From the sequence record SRR2962707_927: a stretch of 38,967 nt of DNA; one strand, 5' to 3'. Below the pieces are notes generated by a model. That model did not search any database. It was not told where the DNA came from and saw only the letters and a list, made by a program, of their open reading frames with translations. Positions 21,714-31,902 of the stretch are shown one piece after another. Numbering within the stretch: the stretch's first letter is position 1; every line of letters starts with the position of its first letter. The translations under genes and the position numbers were made by a program.

Positions 21714-22556
21714 TTATTCCGGGGTGATCCAACTTACTTGGAAGTCAGCGTGTGCGTCTTCGGCTAACAGCTTAGTCAAAACAGGAAGAAACTCATTGGC
21801 TTCTTTTTCCAATGTCCAAGGAGGATTGACTATGATCATGCCGCTACCGGCCATACCGCGCTCTTTTTCAGAGTCCCTAATGGTCATTTCTACCAATAGC
21901 ACATTTCGTATTTTGGTTGTTTCTACCGCTCTTAGCAAATTATCCGCCTGTTTGCGGTTTAATACTGGATACCAGATGGCGTAGCTGCCTTGAGGAAAGC
22001 GCTTGTGGCCATCCTGCAATGCCTGCACAACATACTGATAATCTTTTTTCACTTCATAAGGCGGGTCCATCAGAACAAAACCGCGTTTTTGAGGAGGGGG
22101 GAGCATCGACTTCACGGCATCAAAGCCGTTGTCTTTGACCACATTGGCTTTTCGCTTATTCGGAAATAGCGCCGCCAAAACTGGGTAATCGTTTGGGTGC
22201 AATTCACAAAGATGAAGTTTGTCTTTTTGGCGTACATAGTAGTCGACAATTTTTGGGCTGCCCGGATAAAAGGCCAACTTATTGTCTGGGTTCATGTCCC
22301 GCACGATATCGAGTAAGGACTCAATCGCATCCGGTAAGTTCTCTTCTTCTAATAAACGCGCGATGCCGCTTTGGAATTCTTTGTTCTTTTGTGCTTGGGC
22401 TGAATCTAGAGGATATTGACCAATGCCTGCGTGGGTATCTAGATAGAAAAAAGGCGCATCCTTTTTAATCAGATGTTTGCAGATCTCACTGACGATGATG
22501 TGTTTTAAAATATCAGCGTGATTGCCAGCGTGATAAATATGGCGATAGCTAAGCAT
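21714..22556 (-). CDS. rlmJ: 23S rRNA m6A2030 methyltransferase
   Basis: MLSYRHIYHAGNHADILKH, YLDTHAG, YPGSP, ELHP, DPPYE, WYP, NPPW. Confidence 0.96.
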   Translation of the reverse strand: MLSYRHIYHAGNHADILKHIIVSEICKHLIKKDAPFFYLDTHAGIGQYPLDSAQAQKNKEFQSGIARLLEEENLPDAIESLLDIVRDMNPDNKLAFYPGSPKIVDYYVRQKDKLHLCELHPNDYPVLAALFPNKRKANVVKDNGFDAVKSMLPPPQKRGFVLMDPPYEVKKDYQYVVQALQDGHKRFPQGSYAIWYPVLNRKQADNLLRAVETTKIRNVLLVEMTIRDSEKERGMAGSGMIIVNPPWTLEKEANEFLPVLTKLLAEDAHADFQVSWITPE

Positions 22557-22576
22557 GTCGTTTCCTGTGTTCAATG

Positions 22577-22618
22577 AAAAAAGGCCGCAACGCCTAAGAT
22601 GACGCTATGCGGCCTTTT
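22577..22618 (-). terminator. Intrinsic terminator after ilvD
   Basis: Minus strand AAAAGGCCGCA...TGCGGCCTTTTTT. Confidence 0.8.
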
Positions 22619-22634
22619 GGGTTTCTTTTATTAA

Positions 22635-24479
22635 TTATTTAAGCTGATCAAGATCGCGCACTGCGCCTTTGTCGGCACTGGTCGCAAAATGAGCATACAC
22701 TTTTAATGATGTAGAGACTTTACGAGGACGGTCTTCAACCGGTCTCCAAGCATCGGCACCTTTCGCGTTCATTGTATCACGGCGTTTTTGCAATTCTTCG
22801 TCGCTAAGCAGAACATTGATGGTGCGGTTTGGAATGTCGATACGAATAATATCGCCACTTTCTACCAAACCAATAGCGCCACCGGCAGCCGCTTCAGGAG
22901 AAACGTGACCAATAGACAAACCAGACGTACCGCCAGAGAAGCGACCATCAGTCAATAGAGCACAGGCTTTGCCCAAGCCTTTTGATTTGATGTAAGACGT
23001 TGGGTAAAGCATTTCTTGCATGCCCGGGCCGCCTTTTGGTCCTTCGTAACGTACGATAACCACTTCACCTGATTTTACTTTGTCATCAAGGATGTTTTTA
23101 ACCGCTTCGTCTTGAGATTCTGTGATGTGAGCAGGGCCTTCAAAGACAAGGCAAGACTCGTCAACACCGGCGCTTTTCACGACACAACCATCTAGTGCGA
23201 TGTTGCCGTAAAGTACGGCCAAGCCGCCTTCAAGGGAAAAGGCATTTTCAATCGAGCGAATACAGCCTTCCGCACGATCGCCATCCAGTGATGGCCAGCG
23301 AGTGGACTGACTAAAGGCCGTTTGTGTCGGAATACCAGCAGGACCCGCTTTGAAAAACTCGATGATTTCAGGCGTTGGAGAACGCATGATATCCCATGTT
23401 TTCAGAGCTTCAAGCATGGTGTTAGAGTGCACAGTGTGACATTGATTATGCAGTAGACCGGCGCGATCCAGTTCACCTAATAAGGCAAAAATACCACCCG
23501 CACGGTGCACGTCTTCTACGTGATATTTCGGTGAGTTAGGCGCTACTTTACATAACTGAGGAACACGACGAGACAAGCGGTCGATGTCTTCCATTGTAAA
23601 GTCCACACCCGCTTCGCGAGCAATGGCCAATAGGTGAAGAATCGTATTGGTTGACCCACCCATGGCAATGTCGAGCGTCATGGCGTTTTCAAAGGCTTCA
23701 AAGGTAGCGATGGCACGAGGAGACCATTGTGGTTCATCGTTGTCGTAGAAGCGTTTTGTGATATCGACAATGCGACGGCCTGCTTCTAGGAATAGGCGAT
23801 GACGGTCAGAGTGGGTGGCAAGCGTTGTGCCGTTACCCGGTAAACTTAAACCTAGTGCTTCGGTTAGACAGTTCATTGAGTTGGCAGTAAACATCCCAGA
23901 ACAAGAGCCACAAGTAGGACAAGCAGAACGCTCGTACTCTTCGACTTTCTCATCTGAGGCGGTTGGGTCTGCCGCGATGACCATGGCATCAACCAAATCC
24001 AGTTTGTTTTCTGAAAGCTTGGTTTTACCTGCTTCCATTGGGCCACCAGAAACAAAAATCACCGGAATGTCTAGACGCATTGCTGCCATTAACATGCCAG
24101 GGGTGATTTTGTCACAGTTAGAAATACACACCAGTGCATCGGCACAGTGAGCATTGACCATGTATTCAACAGAGTCGGCAATCAAATCGCGAGAAGGTAA
24201 GCTGTAAAGCATGCCATCATGGCCCATTGCAATACCGTCATCGACAGCAATGGTATTGAATTCTTTTGCCACGCCGCCAGCTTCTTCGATTTCTCGACAA
24301 ACTAACTGGCCAAGGTCTTTAAGATGTACGTGACCTGGTACAAATTGCGTAAAAGAGTTCGCGACGGCAATGATTGGTTTATGAAAGTCATCGTCTTTCA
24401 TACCAGTTGCACGCCATAAAGCGCGCGCGCCGGCCATGTTGCGGCCTGAAGTCGTTGTTTTTGAGCGATATGCTGGCAT
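22635..24479 (-). CDS. ilvD: Dihydroxy-acid dehydratase
   Basis: [55 protein letters not shown]. Start moved to ATG 24479. Confidence 0.97.
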   Translation of the reverse strand: MPAYRSKTTTSGRNMAGARALWRATGMKDDDFHKPIIAVANSFTQFVPGHVHLKDLGQLVCREIEEAGGVAKEFNTIAVDDGIAMGHDGMLYSLPSRDLIADSVEYMVNAHCADALVCISNCDKITPGMLMAAMRLDIPVIFVSGGPMEAGKTKLSENKLDLVDAMVIAADPTASDEKVEEYERSACPTCGSCSGMFTANSMNCLTEALGLSLPGNGTTLATHSDRHRLFLEAGRRIVDITKRFYDNDEPQWSPRAIATFEAFENAMTLDIAMGGSTNTILHLLAIAREAGVDFTMEDIDRLSRRVPQLCKVAPNSPKYHVEDVHRAGGIFALLGELDRAGLLHNQCHTVHSNTMLEALKTWDIMRSPTPEIIEFFKAGPAGIPTQTAFSQSTRWPSLDGDRAEGCIRSIENAFSLEGGLAVLYGNIALDGCVVKSAGVDESCLVFEGPAHITESQDEAVKNILDDKVKSGEVVIVRYEGPKGGPGMQEMLYPTSYIKSKGLGKACALLTDGRFSGGTSGLSIGHVSPEAAAGGAIGLVESGDIIRIDIPNRTINVLLSDEELQKRRDTMNAKGADAWRPVEDRPRKVSTSLKVYAHFATSADKGAVRDLDQLK

Positions 24480-24613
24480 TGCTTTCCCCACAGATTTTTT
24501 TGCTTTATATAGGCACTCATGTTACCAAGTTTATTGTCTCTGCCCAATGGCAATTTTCAGTGAACTGGGTACAGATTAAGAAAGTTATTTTTCAACGGAG
24601 CGAAGTGAAAGAC

Positions 24614-25831
24614 ATGGACACCTCTTTAGATAAGACTCATCACCAGGTGGTGCTGGCTCGACAGCCGATTGTAAACACCAGTCTTGCTCCTATGGGGTAT
24701 GAGTTACTTTATCGCAAAAATAGCGATGCTTTGTATGCTGAAGTCATTGATGAGGTTGGTGCTACGGCACAAGTTGTGGCCGCCAGCTTACTAGAATTGG
24801 GCATGTTGAACCTTGTTGGTGATAAAAAGGCCTTTATTAACTTTCCTCGAGCCTATTTGCTTAATCCTAATAGTGTGCCGATAGACCCTAACGTGGTGGT
24901 GATTGAGGTGCTTGAAAATGCCCAGTTTGATCCCGTGTTATTAGCCGCTTTACGCCGTTGGAAAAAAGCAGGGTATACCATTGCGTTAGACGATTTTGTT
25001 TTTGATATTAAGCTCGTGCCGTTTATTGAGCTGGCGGATTACATAAAACTAGACATTATGGCGTTAGGGCAGGATGCGTTTCATCGCCAGGTTGAGGCAC
25101 TACGAGGCTTTAAGGTTGAGATTATTGCTGAGAAAGTGGAAACCTGGGAGGAATACCAGTTTTGTCGCTTATTGGATATTAAGTACTTACAAGGCTACTT
25201 TTTTGAAAAGCCTGAGTTAATGGCGAGCAAATCGTCCCGAGTAAATAGTATGACATTGCTGCGCTTGATGGCGGCGATGCTCAAATCATCGGAAATGGAT
25301 GTGGCTGAGTTGGAGCGTCTTATCGGTCAAGATGCTGGGCTTGTTCACAAATTATTGCGCTTTCTAAATTCTCCCGTTACCGGCTTGATGGCTTCTGTCG
25401 ATTCTCTCCGCTTGGCCATTACTTTGATCGGTATGGAAAAACTGAAGTCATTGGTTAACTTGCTGCTCATGTCGGAAATGACGGGGGATCGTCATGTTTT
25501 ACTGCAAAGTATTATGATACGAGCCAAGCATGCAGAGCTTTTGGCGCGCCGCAGAGCTTACGATAATGAAGACAAATATTTTCTAGCGGGCATGCTGTCG
25601 ATGATCGATGTTTGTGTTGGCATACGGTTAGACAAAGCACTCAGTGAGTTACCACTTCCCCATGAGTTTATTAATGCCATTGTTCATCGTTCTGGTCGCG
25701 TCGGCCAAACACTCAATCAAGTGGAACAGTATCGTCGTGATCACGCCGTAGAAAGCAGTGAGCAAAATGAGCTTTATGAAACTTACCTAGATGCGATTAA
25801 GTGGTCAGATGGTTTTATTTCTTGTGTGTGA
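24614..25831 (+). CDS. EAL plus HDOD domain protein (YuxH/PdeH-like c-di-GMP signalling protein)
   Basis: ARQPI, YELLYR, FINF, IEVLE, ALDDF, IKLDI, AEKVET, QGYFF, then HDOD (D.GLVHKLLRFLNSP, FLAGMLS). Start moved to ATG 24614. Confidence 0.9.
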   Translation: MDTSLDKTHHQVVLARQPIVNTSLAPMGYELLYRKNSDALYAEVIDEVGATAQVVAASLLELGMLNLVGDKKAFINFPRAYLLNPNSVPIDPNVVVIEVLENAQFDPVLLAALRRWKKAGYTIALDDFVFDIKLVPFIELADYIKLDIMALGQDAFHRQVEALRGFKVEIIAEKVETWEEYQFCRLLDIKYLQGYFFEKPELMASKSSRVNSMTLLRLMAAMLKSSEMDVAELERLIGQDAGLVHKLLRFLNSPVTGLMASVDSLRLAITLIGMEKLKSLVNLLLMSEMTGDRHVLLQSIMIRAKHAELLARRRAYDNEDKYFLAGMLSMIDVCVGIRLDKALSELPLPHEFINAIVHRSGRVGQTLNQVEQYRRDHAVESSEQNELYETYLDAIKWSDGFISCV

Positions 25832-25842
25832 TGACGCTTTTT

Positions 25843-25860
25843 TGTAGGGGAAATCTGACA
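25843..25860 (+). promoter_or_regulatory. GacA/UvrY-like upstream activating box
   Basis: TGTAGG-GGAAAT-CTGACA versus the consensus TGTAAG-N6-CTTACA, about 160-175 bp upstream of the Csr sRNA. Confidence 0.7.
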
Positions 25861-25921
25861 TTCTTGTAGTCCTTAACCTATTGTTATGTAGTAAAAAAGG
25901 AGAGAATGTGTGCTTCTATTA

Positions 25922-25934
25922 TAAATTATTGATT
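25922..25934 (-). promoter_or_regulatory. IHF binding site
   Basis: Minus strand AATCAATAATTTA matches WATCAANNNNTTR exactly and lies between the box and the promoter. Confidence 0.6.
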
Positions 25935-25984
25935 TGTAAGTATTTTGTATTTGTTTTTTAGCTTGTTTTCTGTTTTTTCTTTGC

Positions 25985-26012
25985 TTGTTATTTACTTATT
26001 TCGTGTTACATT
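25985..26012 (+). promoter_or_regulatory. Sigma70-type promoter of the sRNA
   Basis: TTGTTA-16 bp-TACATT, with an extended -10 TG at 26004. Confidence 0.55.
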
Positions 26013-26018
26013 TAACTC

Positions 26019-26270
26019 ATCCAAAGGGAATTCACGGATGATTGGCATAGGAAGTGCACCAAACAGGATGTTGGTGGATAAATGGAAAGGACTAGGATGG
26101 TCTTTGCTATGGATGAGCGAAACGGATTTAACAAGGCTCAATGGATTGTGTCGGATTAACAGGGAATGGTTGATAGCTTCTGGAAGAAGCGAGCAGGGAT
26201 GTTAACTCATTGGATGAGTCGCTTAACAGGATGTGAAGCGATAATAGGGCGACTTAGGTCGCCCTTTTTT
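26019..26270 (+). ncRNA. CsrB/CsrC/Rsm-family CsrA-sequestering sRNA
   Basis: 17 GGA motifs in about 210 nt, many in short hairpin loops; ends in the terminator AGGGCGAC-TTAG-GTCGCCCT-TTTTT; next to fdxA like Pseudomonas rsmZ. The 5' end is estimated from the promoter. Confidence 0.88.
26246..26270 (+). terminator. Intrinsic terminator of the sRNA
   Basis: 8-bp GC-rich stem plus T-run. Confidence 0.9.
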
Positions 26271-26304
26271 GTGCCTGCTATTTTGCGTAGCACACTCAAA
26301 AACA

Positions 26305-26330
26305 AAAAAAAGCGACATCCGCCGCTTTTA
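26305..26330 (-). terminator. Probable terminator after fdxA
   Basis: Minus strand AAAAGCGG-CGGATG-TCGCTTTTTTT. Confidence 0.65.
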
Positions 26331-26360
26331 TATTGTCATCCTAAGTGCCGAGAAACGTGA

Positions 26361-26684
26361 TTAACGCTCTAGGTACTCAAGCTTATCTTCAACACCATCC
26401 CAGGTTGCTGCGTCAGCCATAGCGTCTTTCTTTTCAGTGATGTTTGGCCAAATCAAAGCAAGATCTTGGTTTAGTTCAACAAACACTTCTTGATCTGCTG
26501 GCAGCTCATCTTCAGAGAAAATGGCATTAGCTGGACATTCAGGTTCACAAAGCGCGCAATCAATACACTCATCTGGGTTGATGGCTAAGAAATTAGGACC
26601 TTCGTAGAAACAGTCAACAGGGCAGACTTCTACACAGTCAGTGTATTTGCAGCGAATGCAGTTATCGGTAACGATGAAAGCCAT
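26361..26684 (-). CDS. fdxA: 7Fe ferredoxin (Azotobacter FdI type)
   Basis: [26 protein letters not shown]...[12 protein letters not shown]; follows mutS. Confidence 0.96.
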   Translation of the reverse strand: MAFIVTDNCIRCKYTDCVEVCPVDCFYEGPNFLAINPDECIDCALCEPECPANAIFSEDELPADQEVFVELNQDLALIWPNITEKKDAMADAATWDGVEDKLEYLER

Positions 26685-26808
26685 TCGACTTCTCCTCACA
26701 AGCTAGTAAATATAATTGTGCGTCATTTTAGAGGCATAGGCGGTTTGGCATCAAGCAGCAATCGCCTATCCTCTACATTTATCCGCTATTAGCTTATTCA
26801 TCTGGTGC

Positions 26809-29424
26809 TTAAAAGTCAGATTTTAAGCGATACAACTCATTGATTGCCTGTTGGGGCGTCATATTGTCTAGGTCCAACTCGCTGATAGCGTCTTTCAGCG
26901 CATTTTGATCCGCTTGGGCAAATAAATCAGGTTGTTGCGGTGAATAGAACTCGCTTTTTTCTTTTACTTTTGGCGCCGTTGCTATCTCCACCGTGGAGGC
27001 GTCCACTCCCGTGGTCACTTCTAGCTGAACAAGCTTTTGCTTTGCATGGCTGATGACGTTTCTTGGAACGCCTGCGAGTTGCGCGACTTGTAACCCATAA
27101 GATTGGCTAGCGGGACCGGCATGAACCTTGTGCAAAAAGACGATTTCATCATCGTATTCTGTGGCGGTTAGATGAACGTTTGCCGCGTTTTCAAGTTGCT
27201 CAGCAAGTGTTGTCAGCTCGAAATAATGGGTGGCAAACAATACATAGCATTTTAATTGATTCGCTAAGTAATCAACCGCAGCCCATGCCAATGATAAGCC
27301 GTCAAAGGTACTGGTACCACGCCCAACTTCATCCATTAATACTAGGCTTTGTTGGCTGGCATTATTTAGTATATTGGCGGTTTCTGTCATTTCTACCATG
27401 AAGGTAGAGCGGCCACCGGCCAAATCGTCTGAAGAGCCCATGCGGGTAAAAATACGATCGACCACTGAGATGGACGCGGCTTCTGCAGGGACAAAAGACC
27501 CTGTGTGCGCTAATAAAGCGATCAAGGCGATTTGGCGCATATAGGTCGATTTACCACCCATGTTAGGGCCTGTGATCATCAACAGCGAGCGCTTCTCATG
27601 CATATCTAAATCATTGGGAACAAACGGTTCTGAAATAACCGCTTCGACAACAGGGTGGCGACCGCCTTGGATTTGAATGCCGCCGCGATTATGCAGTTCA
27701 GGGCAAGCCAAGTTTAAGGTCTCTGCGCGCTCGCTAAAGTTACTTAACACATCCAGTTGGGCTAATGCTTGGCTTGTCGTTTGCAACTCAGTCAGGGAGT
27801 TATTTAACTGATCAAGTAGGTCTTCATAAAGCTCTTTTTCACGCGCAAGTGCTTTTGACTTGGCGCTTAACGCCTTGTCTTCAAATGTTTTTAATTCTGG
27901 GGTAATAAAACGTTCGGCATTTTTAAGTGTCTGGCGGCGAATGTATTCCACAGGAGCTTGATCGGAATGCAAACGGCTGATTTCAATGTAGTAGCCATGC
28001 ACACGGTTAAAGCCAACTTTTAGCGAGCTGATGCCTGTGCGTTCTTTTTCACTGCGTTCCATTTCGGCTAGGTAGTCAGTCGCGTTCGTGGACAGAGATA
28101 ACAACTCATCCAGTTCTGCATCATAGCCTTTTGCAAAGACGCCACCGTCACGCACCACAGAAGGAGGGTTTTCGACTAACGCACTGATCAGGGTGTTTGT
28201 CATCTCTGGTTGGGCAATAATACGGCTATTAAGTTGCGCTAAGCGCTCAGCTTGCGTGTCAGCAATAAGTTGGTTGATTTCTGGAACGGCTTCTAACGCC
28301 AGTCTTAATCTGAGTAAATCCCGCGGACGTGCAGAGCGTAGCGCGACACGGGACAAAATACGCTCGAGATCGCCTACTTTTTTAAGCGGCGCTTCCAGCA
28401 TTGAAAACAAGCGCTGATCTTTGAGTTCAGCCACAACTTGTTGGCGTGCCAGTATTTCGCCTAAGTCACGAATAGGGGTGTGCAACCAACGTTTCAATAA
28501 GCGGCTGCCCATGGGGGTCGCACATTCATCCAACACGCTGATTAACGTGTTGCTTGTGCCACCGGCAAGATTGATATCAATTTCCAAGTTGCGTCGTGTT
28601 GCGCCGTCGATCAGCACCGAATCGTCTTTATGTTCGACTGTGATCGATTGAATATGGGGCAACGCGGAGCGCTGAGTGTCCTTGGCGTATTGCAACAGAG
28701 CGCCAGCCGATGCCACAGCAGCAGTCAGTGCCTCGCAACCAAAGCCAGATAAGTCTTTGGTATTGAATTGTTGGATCAATTGGCGATAGCTGGATTCATA
28801 ATCAAAGTGCCAAGGACCGAGTTCAGAGACGCCTTTTTCTAGATTGATCGTTTTGCGTGCTGGAAAGTCTTCAGAAATAAGAATCTCTCTGGGCGTCAGA
28901 CGTTGCAATTCGCTTGCTAGAGCGTCATAGCCATCGACTTCGAATACGCAAAAGCGGCCACTTGCCATGTCGAGATAAGAAAAACCAAAAACATCTAGGC
29001 CTTTTCGGCTTTGGTGAGCAATAGACAGTAATAAGTTTTCGCGTTTTTCTTCTAGATAGGCTTCATCACTGATGGTACCAGGAGTCACAATGCGTGCGAC
29101 CTGACGCTCGACTGGGCCTTTGCTGGTGGCTGGGTCGCCAATTTGCTCAACAACAACAACGGATTCGCCAAGGCGAACAAGGCGAGCAATGTAGTTTTCT
29201 GCGGCGTGGAATGGAATGCCGGCCATCGGAATAGGTTGGCCGGCAGAGGAGCCTCGTGCCGTTAACGTAATATCGAGCAATTGTGCCGCGCGTTTTGCAT
29301 CGTCATAGAATAGCTCATAAAAATCACCCATTCGATAAAACAGTAATTGTTTAGGGTGCTGAGACTTTAAACTAAAGTATTGGCGCATCATGGGCGTGTG
29401 ATTGTCTGGTGACGTTTTACTCAT
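26809..29424 (-). CDS. mutS: DNA mismatch repair protein MutS
   Basis: [53 protein letters not shown]. Start moved to ATG 29424. Confidence 0.97.
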   Translation of the reverse strand: MSKTSPDNHTPMMRQYFSLKSQHPKQLLFYRMGDFYELFYDDAKRAAQLLDITLTARGSSAGQPIPMAGIPFHAAENYIARLVRLGESVVVVEQIGDPATSKGPVERQVARIVTPGTISDEAYLEEKRENLLLSIAHQSRKGLDVFGFSYLDMASGRFCVFEVDGYDALASELQRLTPREILISEDFPARKTINLEKGVSELGPWHFDYESSYRQLIQQFNTKDLSGFGCEALTAAVASAGALLQYAKDTQRSALPHIQSITVEHKDDSVLIDGATRRNLEIDINLAGGTSNTLISVLDECATPMGSRLLKRWLHTPIRDLGEILARQQVVAELKDQRLFSMLEAPLKKVGDLERILSRVALRSARPRDLLRLRLALEAVPEINQLIADTQAERLAQLNSRIIAQPEMTNTLISALVENPPSVVRDGGVFAKGYDAELDELLSLSTNATDYLAEMERSEKERTGISSLKVGFNRVHGYYIEISRLHSDQAPVEYIRRQTLKNAERFITPELKTFEDKALSAKSKALAREKELYEDLLDQLNNSLTELQTTSQALAQLDVLSNFSERAETLNLACPELHNRGGIQIQGGRHPVVEAVISEPFVPNDLDMHEKRSLLMITGPNMGGKSTYMRQIALIALLAHTGSFVPAEAASISVVDRIFTRMGSSDDLAGGRSTFMVEMTETANILNNASQQSLVLMDEVGRGTSTFDGLSLAWAAVDYLANQLKCYVLFATHYFELTTLAEQLENAANVHLTATEYDDEIVFLHKVHAGPASQSYGLQVAQLAGVPRNVISHAKQKLVQLEVTTGVDASTVEIATAPKVKEKSEFYSPQQPDLFAQADQNALKDAISELDLDNMTPQQAINELYRLKSDF

Positions 29425-29503
29425 GCGATTTGCTCGATTGTGATCCAAAAATAAGAGCGCTATTCTACGGGAAATTGAATCAGGATTTAAGGTGTGAAAT
29501 AAC

Positions 29504-30004
29504 ATGAGTCGAATGCAAGAAATGACGCAAGCAGCACAGCGGGCTGCGACCGCATTGCAAGACTGTGATTGGCAGCTAGTGACGGCGGAGTCCTGCACGG
29601 GAGGATTAATTGGCGCGGTTTGTACTGAGTTATCGGGCAGTTCTGCTTGGTTTTTTGGTGGCGTGATCAGTTATGCCAATGAGGCGAAAGAAAACGCCTT
29701 GTCTGTGCAGCACAGCACCTTGGAAAGTGAAGGGGCTGTATCGGCGCAGACGGTGAAGGAGATGTGCGCCGGCGCTTTATTATTAGGAGGCGATATGGCC
29801 GTCGCAGTCAGTGGCGTGGCTGGACCAACAGGAGGGTCTAAAGAAAAACCTGTCGGTTGTGTTTATATTGCTTGGAAAATAAGAGATCAAGACGCTGAGG
29901 CGGTGCGTTTTCAGTTCTCTGGTGATCGTCAAAGTGTCCGAGAAGCCACCGTTATTGCCGCCTTAGAAGGGGTGGTAGAGAGGATTTTGCAGCAAGAAAA
30001 ATAA
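29504..30004 (+). CDS. pncC: CinA C-terminal family protein / NMN amidohydrolase (PncC)
   Basis: [37 protein letters not shown]; upstream of recA. Confidence 0.88.
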   Translation: MSRMQEMTQAAQRAATALQDCDWQLVTAESCTGGLIGAVCTELSGSSAWFFGGVISYANEAKENALSVQHSTLESEGAVSAQTVKEMCAGALLLGGDMAVAVSGVAGPTGGSKEKPVGCVYIAWKIRDQDAEAVRFQFSGDRQSVREATVIAALEGVVERILQQEK

Positions 30005-30024
30005 TACTGTTTTTATATACAGTA
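30005..30024. promoter_or_regulatory. LexA (SOS) box of recA
   Basis: TACTGT-TTTTATAT-ACAGTA matches CTGT-N8-ACAG. Confidence 0.92.
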
Positions 30025-30028
30025 TTTC

Positions 30029-30057
30029 TTGAGCTTCTTAATAAAAACCGCTAGAGT
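30029..30057 (+). promoter_or_regulatory. Probable sigma70 promoter of recA
   Basis: TTGAGC-17 bp-TAGAGT immediately after the SOS box. Confidence 0.55.
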
Positions 30058-30092
30058 TAGCCACAACGAAAATTAGCCACAAGGATTCCACT

Positions 30093-31142
30093 ATGTCATC
30101 TATTGCAGACAATAAGAAAAAAGCGCTAGACGCAGCGCTGTCTCAAATCGAGCGTCAATTTGGTAAAGGCGCCATCATGAAGATGGGCGAAGGTGCTAAG
30201 CTTGATATTGATACGGTTTCTACTGGATCGCTCGGTCTGGATATTGCGCTAGGTGCTGGTGGACTTCCTTATGGTCGTATTTGTGAAATATACGGCCCTG
30301 AGTCTTCAGGTAAAACGACACTAACGCTGAGCGTGATTGCCGAAGCTCAGAAACAAGGTAAAACCTGTGCTTTTATTGATGCCGAGCACGCTCTTGATCC
30401 TTCATACGCTGAAAAACTAGGCGTTAACATCGCTGACTTATTGATCTCGCAACCTGATACCGGTGAGCAAGCGCTTGAAATCGTAGACATGTTGGTTCGC
30501 TCTAACAGTGTTGACGTGATCATTGTTGACTCGGTAGCGGCGTTGGTACCTAAGTCTGAAATCGAAGGCGAAATGGGCAGCTCTTCTGTTGGTGTACAGG
30601 CGCGTTTACTGTCACAAGCAATGCGTAAGCTAACAGGCTCGATCAAAAATGCGAACTGCTTGGTTGTCTTTATTAACCAGATTCGTATGAAAATTGGCGT
30701 CATGTTCGGATCACCAGAAACAACGACTGGTGGTAACGCACTGAAATTCTACTCTTCTGTTCGCTTGGATATCCGCCGTATCGGATCGGTTAAACAGGGC
30801 GAGGAAGTGGTAGGTAACGAGACACGAGTTAAAGTCGTTAAAAACAAAATCGCTCCTCCGTTTAAACAAGCAGAATTCCAAATCCACTACGGTGCAGGTA
30901 TTTACCGCATGGGTGAGATTATTGACTTGGGTGTGAAACAAGGTTTTGTCGACAAAGCCGGCGCCTGGTATGCCTATGCAGGCAATAAAATTGGCCAAGG
31001 TAAAGCCAATGCTGCTCAATTCTTAGCGGAAAACCCAGACATGGCGAAAGAAATCGAAGCTAAGATCCGTGAAGATTTGTTGCCAAAGGGATCGCCTGTT
31101 GCTGATGCCGCGAAAGATGTTGAAGCTGAAGCAGAAGAGTAA
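30093..31142 (+). CDS. recA: Recombinase A
   Basis: [49 protein letters not shown]. Confidence 0.99.
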   Translation: MSSIADNKKKALDAALSQIERQFGKGAIMKMGEGAKLDIDTVSTGSLGLDIALGAGGLPYGRICEIYGPESSGKTTLTLSVIAEAQKQGKTCAFIDAEHALDPSYAEKLGVNIADLLISQPDTGEQALEIVDMLVRSNSVDVIIVDSVAALVPKSEIEGEMGSSSVGVQARLLSQAMRKLTGSIKNANCLVVFINQIRMKIGVMFGSPETTTGGNALKFYSSVRLDIRRIGSVKQGEEVVGNETRVKVVKNKIAPPFKQAEFQIHYGAGIYRMGEIIDLGVKQGFVDKAGAWYAYAGNKIGQGKANAAQFLAENPDMAKEIEAKIREDLLPKGSPVADAAKDVEAEAEE

Positions 31143-31179
31143 TTAGACGCTGAACTGTCATCTTGGTGTTTTTTGAAAG

Positions 31180-31205
31180 AAGCAGGCTTTAAGCCTGCTT
31201 TTTTT
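31180..31205. terminator. Intrinsic terminator after recA
   Basis: AAGCAGGCT-TTA-AGCCTGCTT-TTTTT. Confidence 0.9.
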
Positions 31206-31246
31206 ATGACTGTTTTCTAGCGGGTAATAGGGTTATGACGGCATCT

Positions 31247-31699
31247 TTATGCGTCTGAGTTTGGCGCTAGGGCGTAGTTAATTTGGTCAAAATTAAAGCC
31301 TCGGTATTGTAGGTAGCGCATTTGTTTGGCCTTTTCTTTGAAGTCTTTCGTCTGACCGTCACCAAATTTTCTTTCTTTTAATTCTTTGGCTAACTCAAAC
31401 CAATCCGCATCACTGTCTTGGATGGCTTGATTAGCAAGCGCCTCTTTAATTCCTTTTCTCATTAGCTCTTGTTTGATTCTTAAGGCGCCAAGAGGTTTGT
31501 TTATTCGGCTGCGCACAAACATCTCTGCAAAGCGTTGGTCGTTCAGGTAGTTCATTTCAATAAGAGACTGGATCGTAGTGGAAATGTCTTCTGCGCTATG
31601 TCCACGTTGTTTTAACTTACTTTGTATTTCTTTGACGGCGTGCTCTCGACCACCTAGTAGAATAAGCGCGTGGTCCATGGTGGAAGGGGATGTGTACAT
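31247..31699 (-). CDS. recX: Regulatory protein RecX
   Basis: ALILLGGREH..EI..KL, YLNDQRFA, G..RIKQEL..KGI, K.MRYLQYRGF. Start moved to ATG 31699. Confidence 0.9.
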   Translation of the reverse strand: MYTSPSTMDHALILLGGREHAVKEIQSKLKQRGHSAEDISTTIQSLIEMNYLNDQRFAEMFVRSRINKPLGALRIKQELMRKGIKEALANQAIQDSDADWFELAKELKERKFGDGQTKDFKEKAKQMRYLQYRGFNFDQINYALAPNSDA

Positions 31700-31902
31700 T
31701 AGGGGGTGTCTCTTTATGCTAGCGTTTCTGTATTTTAGCATTGATCAGAATGAGAGGATTCTATATTTTCTTTTATAATAATCTCATTTTTTTCATTTAA
31801 GAAGTTGTTTAAACTGCTTGGTGTTTTTAAATAAGATGAAAAAACTATATATCTTATGAAAGAATGCCCATATCGACTTTGATTAATTTTGGGTGTGTTC
31901 TT

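Noticed and set aside
24374-24613. Apparent overlap between ilvD and the EAL-HDOD ORF
   Set aside because: Artefact of longest-ORF calling; the plausible starts are 24479 (-) and 24614 (+)
26019-26240. CRISPR-like or tandem repeat array
   Set aside because: The repeats are only 3-7 nt with irregular spacing, and there are no long identical repeats or cas genes
25945-26360. Two small ORFs (86 aa and 64 aa) between the EAL-HDOD gene and fdxA
   Set aside because: They span the T-rich promoter, the GGA-repeat RNA and two terminators; their W/G/M/R bias follows from the GGA repeats
29425-29598. Overlap of mutS and cinA/pncC
   Set aside because: MutS homology starts near HTPMMRQY, so the start is 29424 and the genes are simply divergent
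31729-31744. LexA box upstream of recX
   Set aside because: CTGT is followed after 8 bp by ATTG, not ACAG
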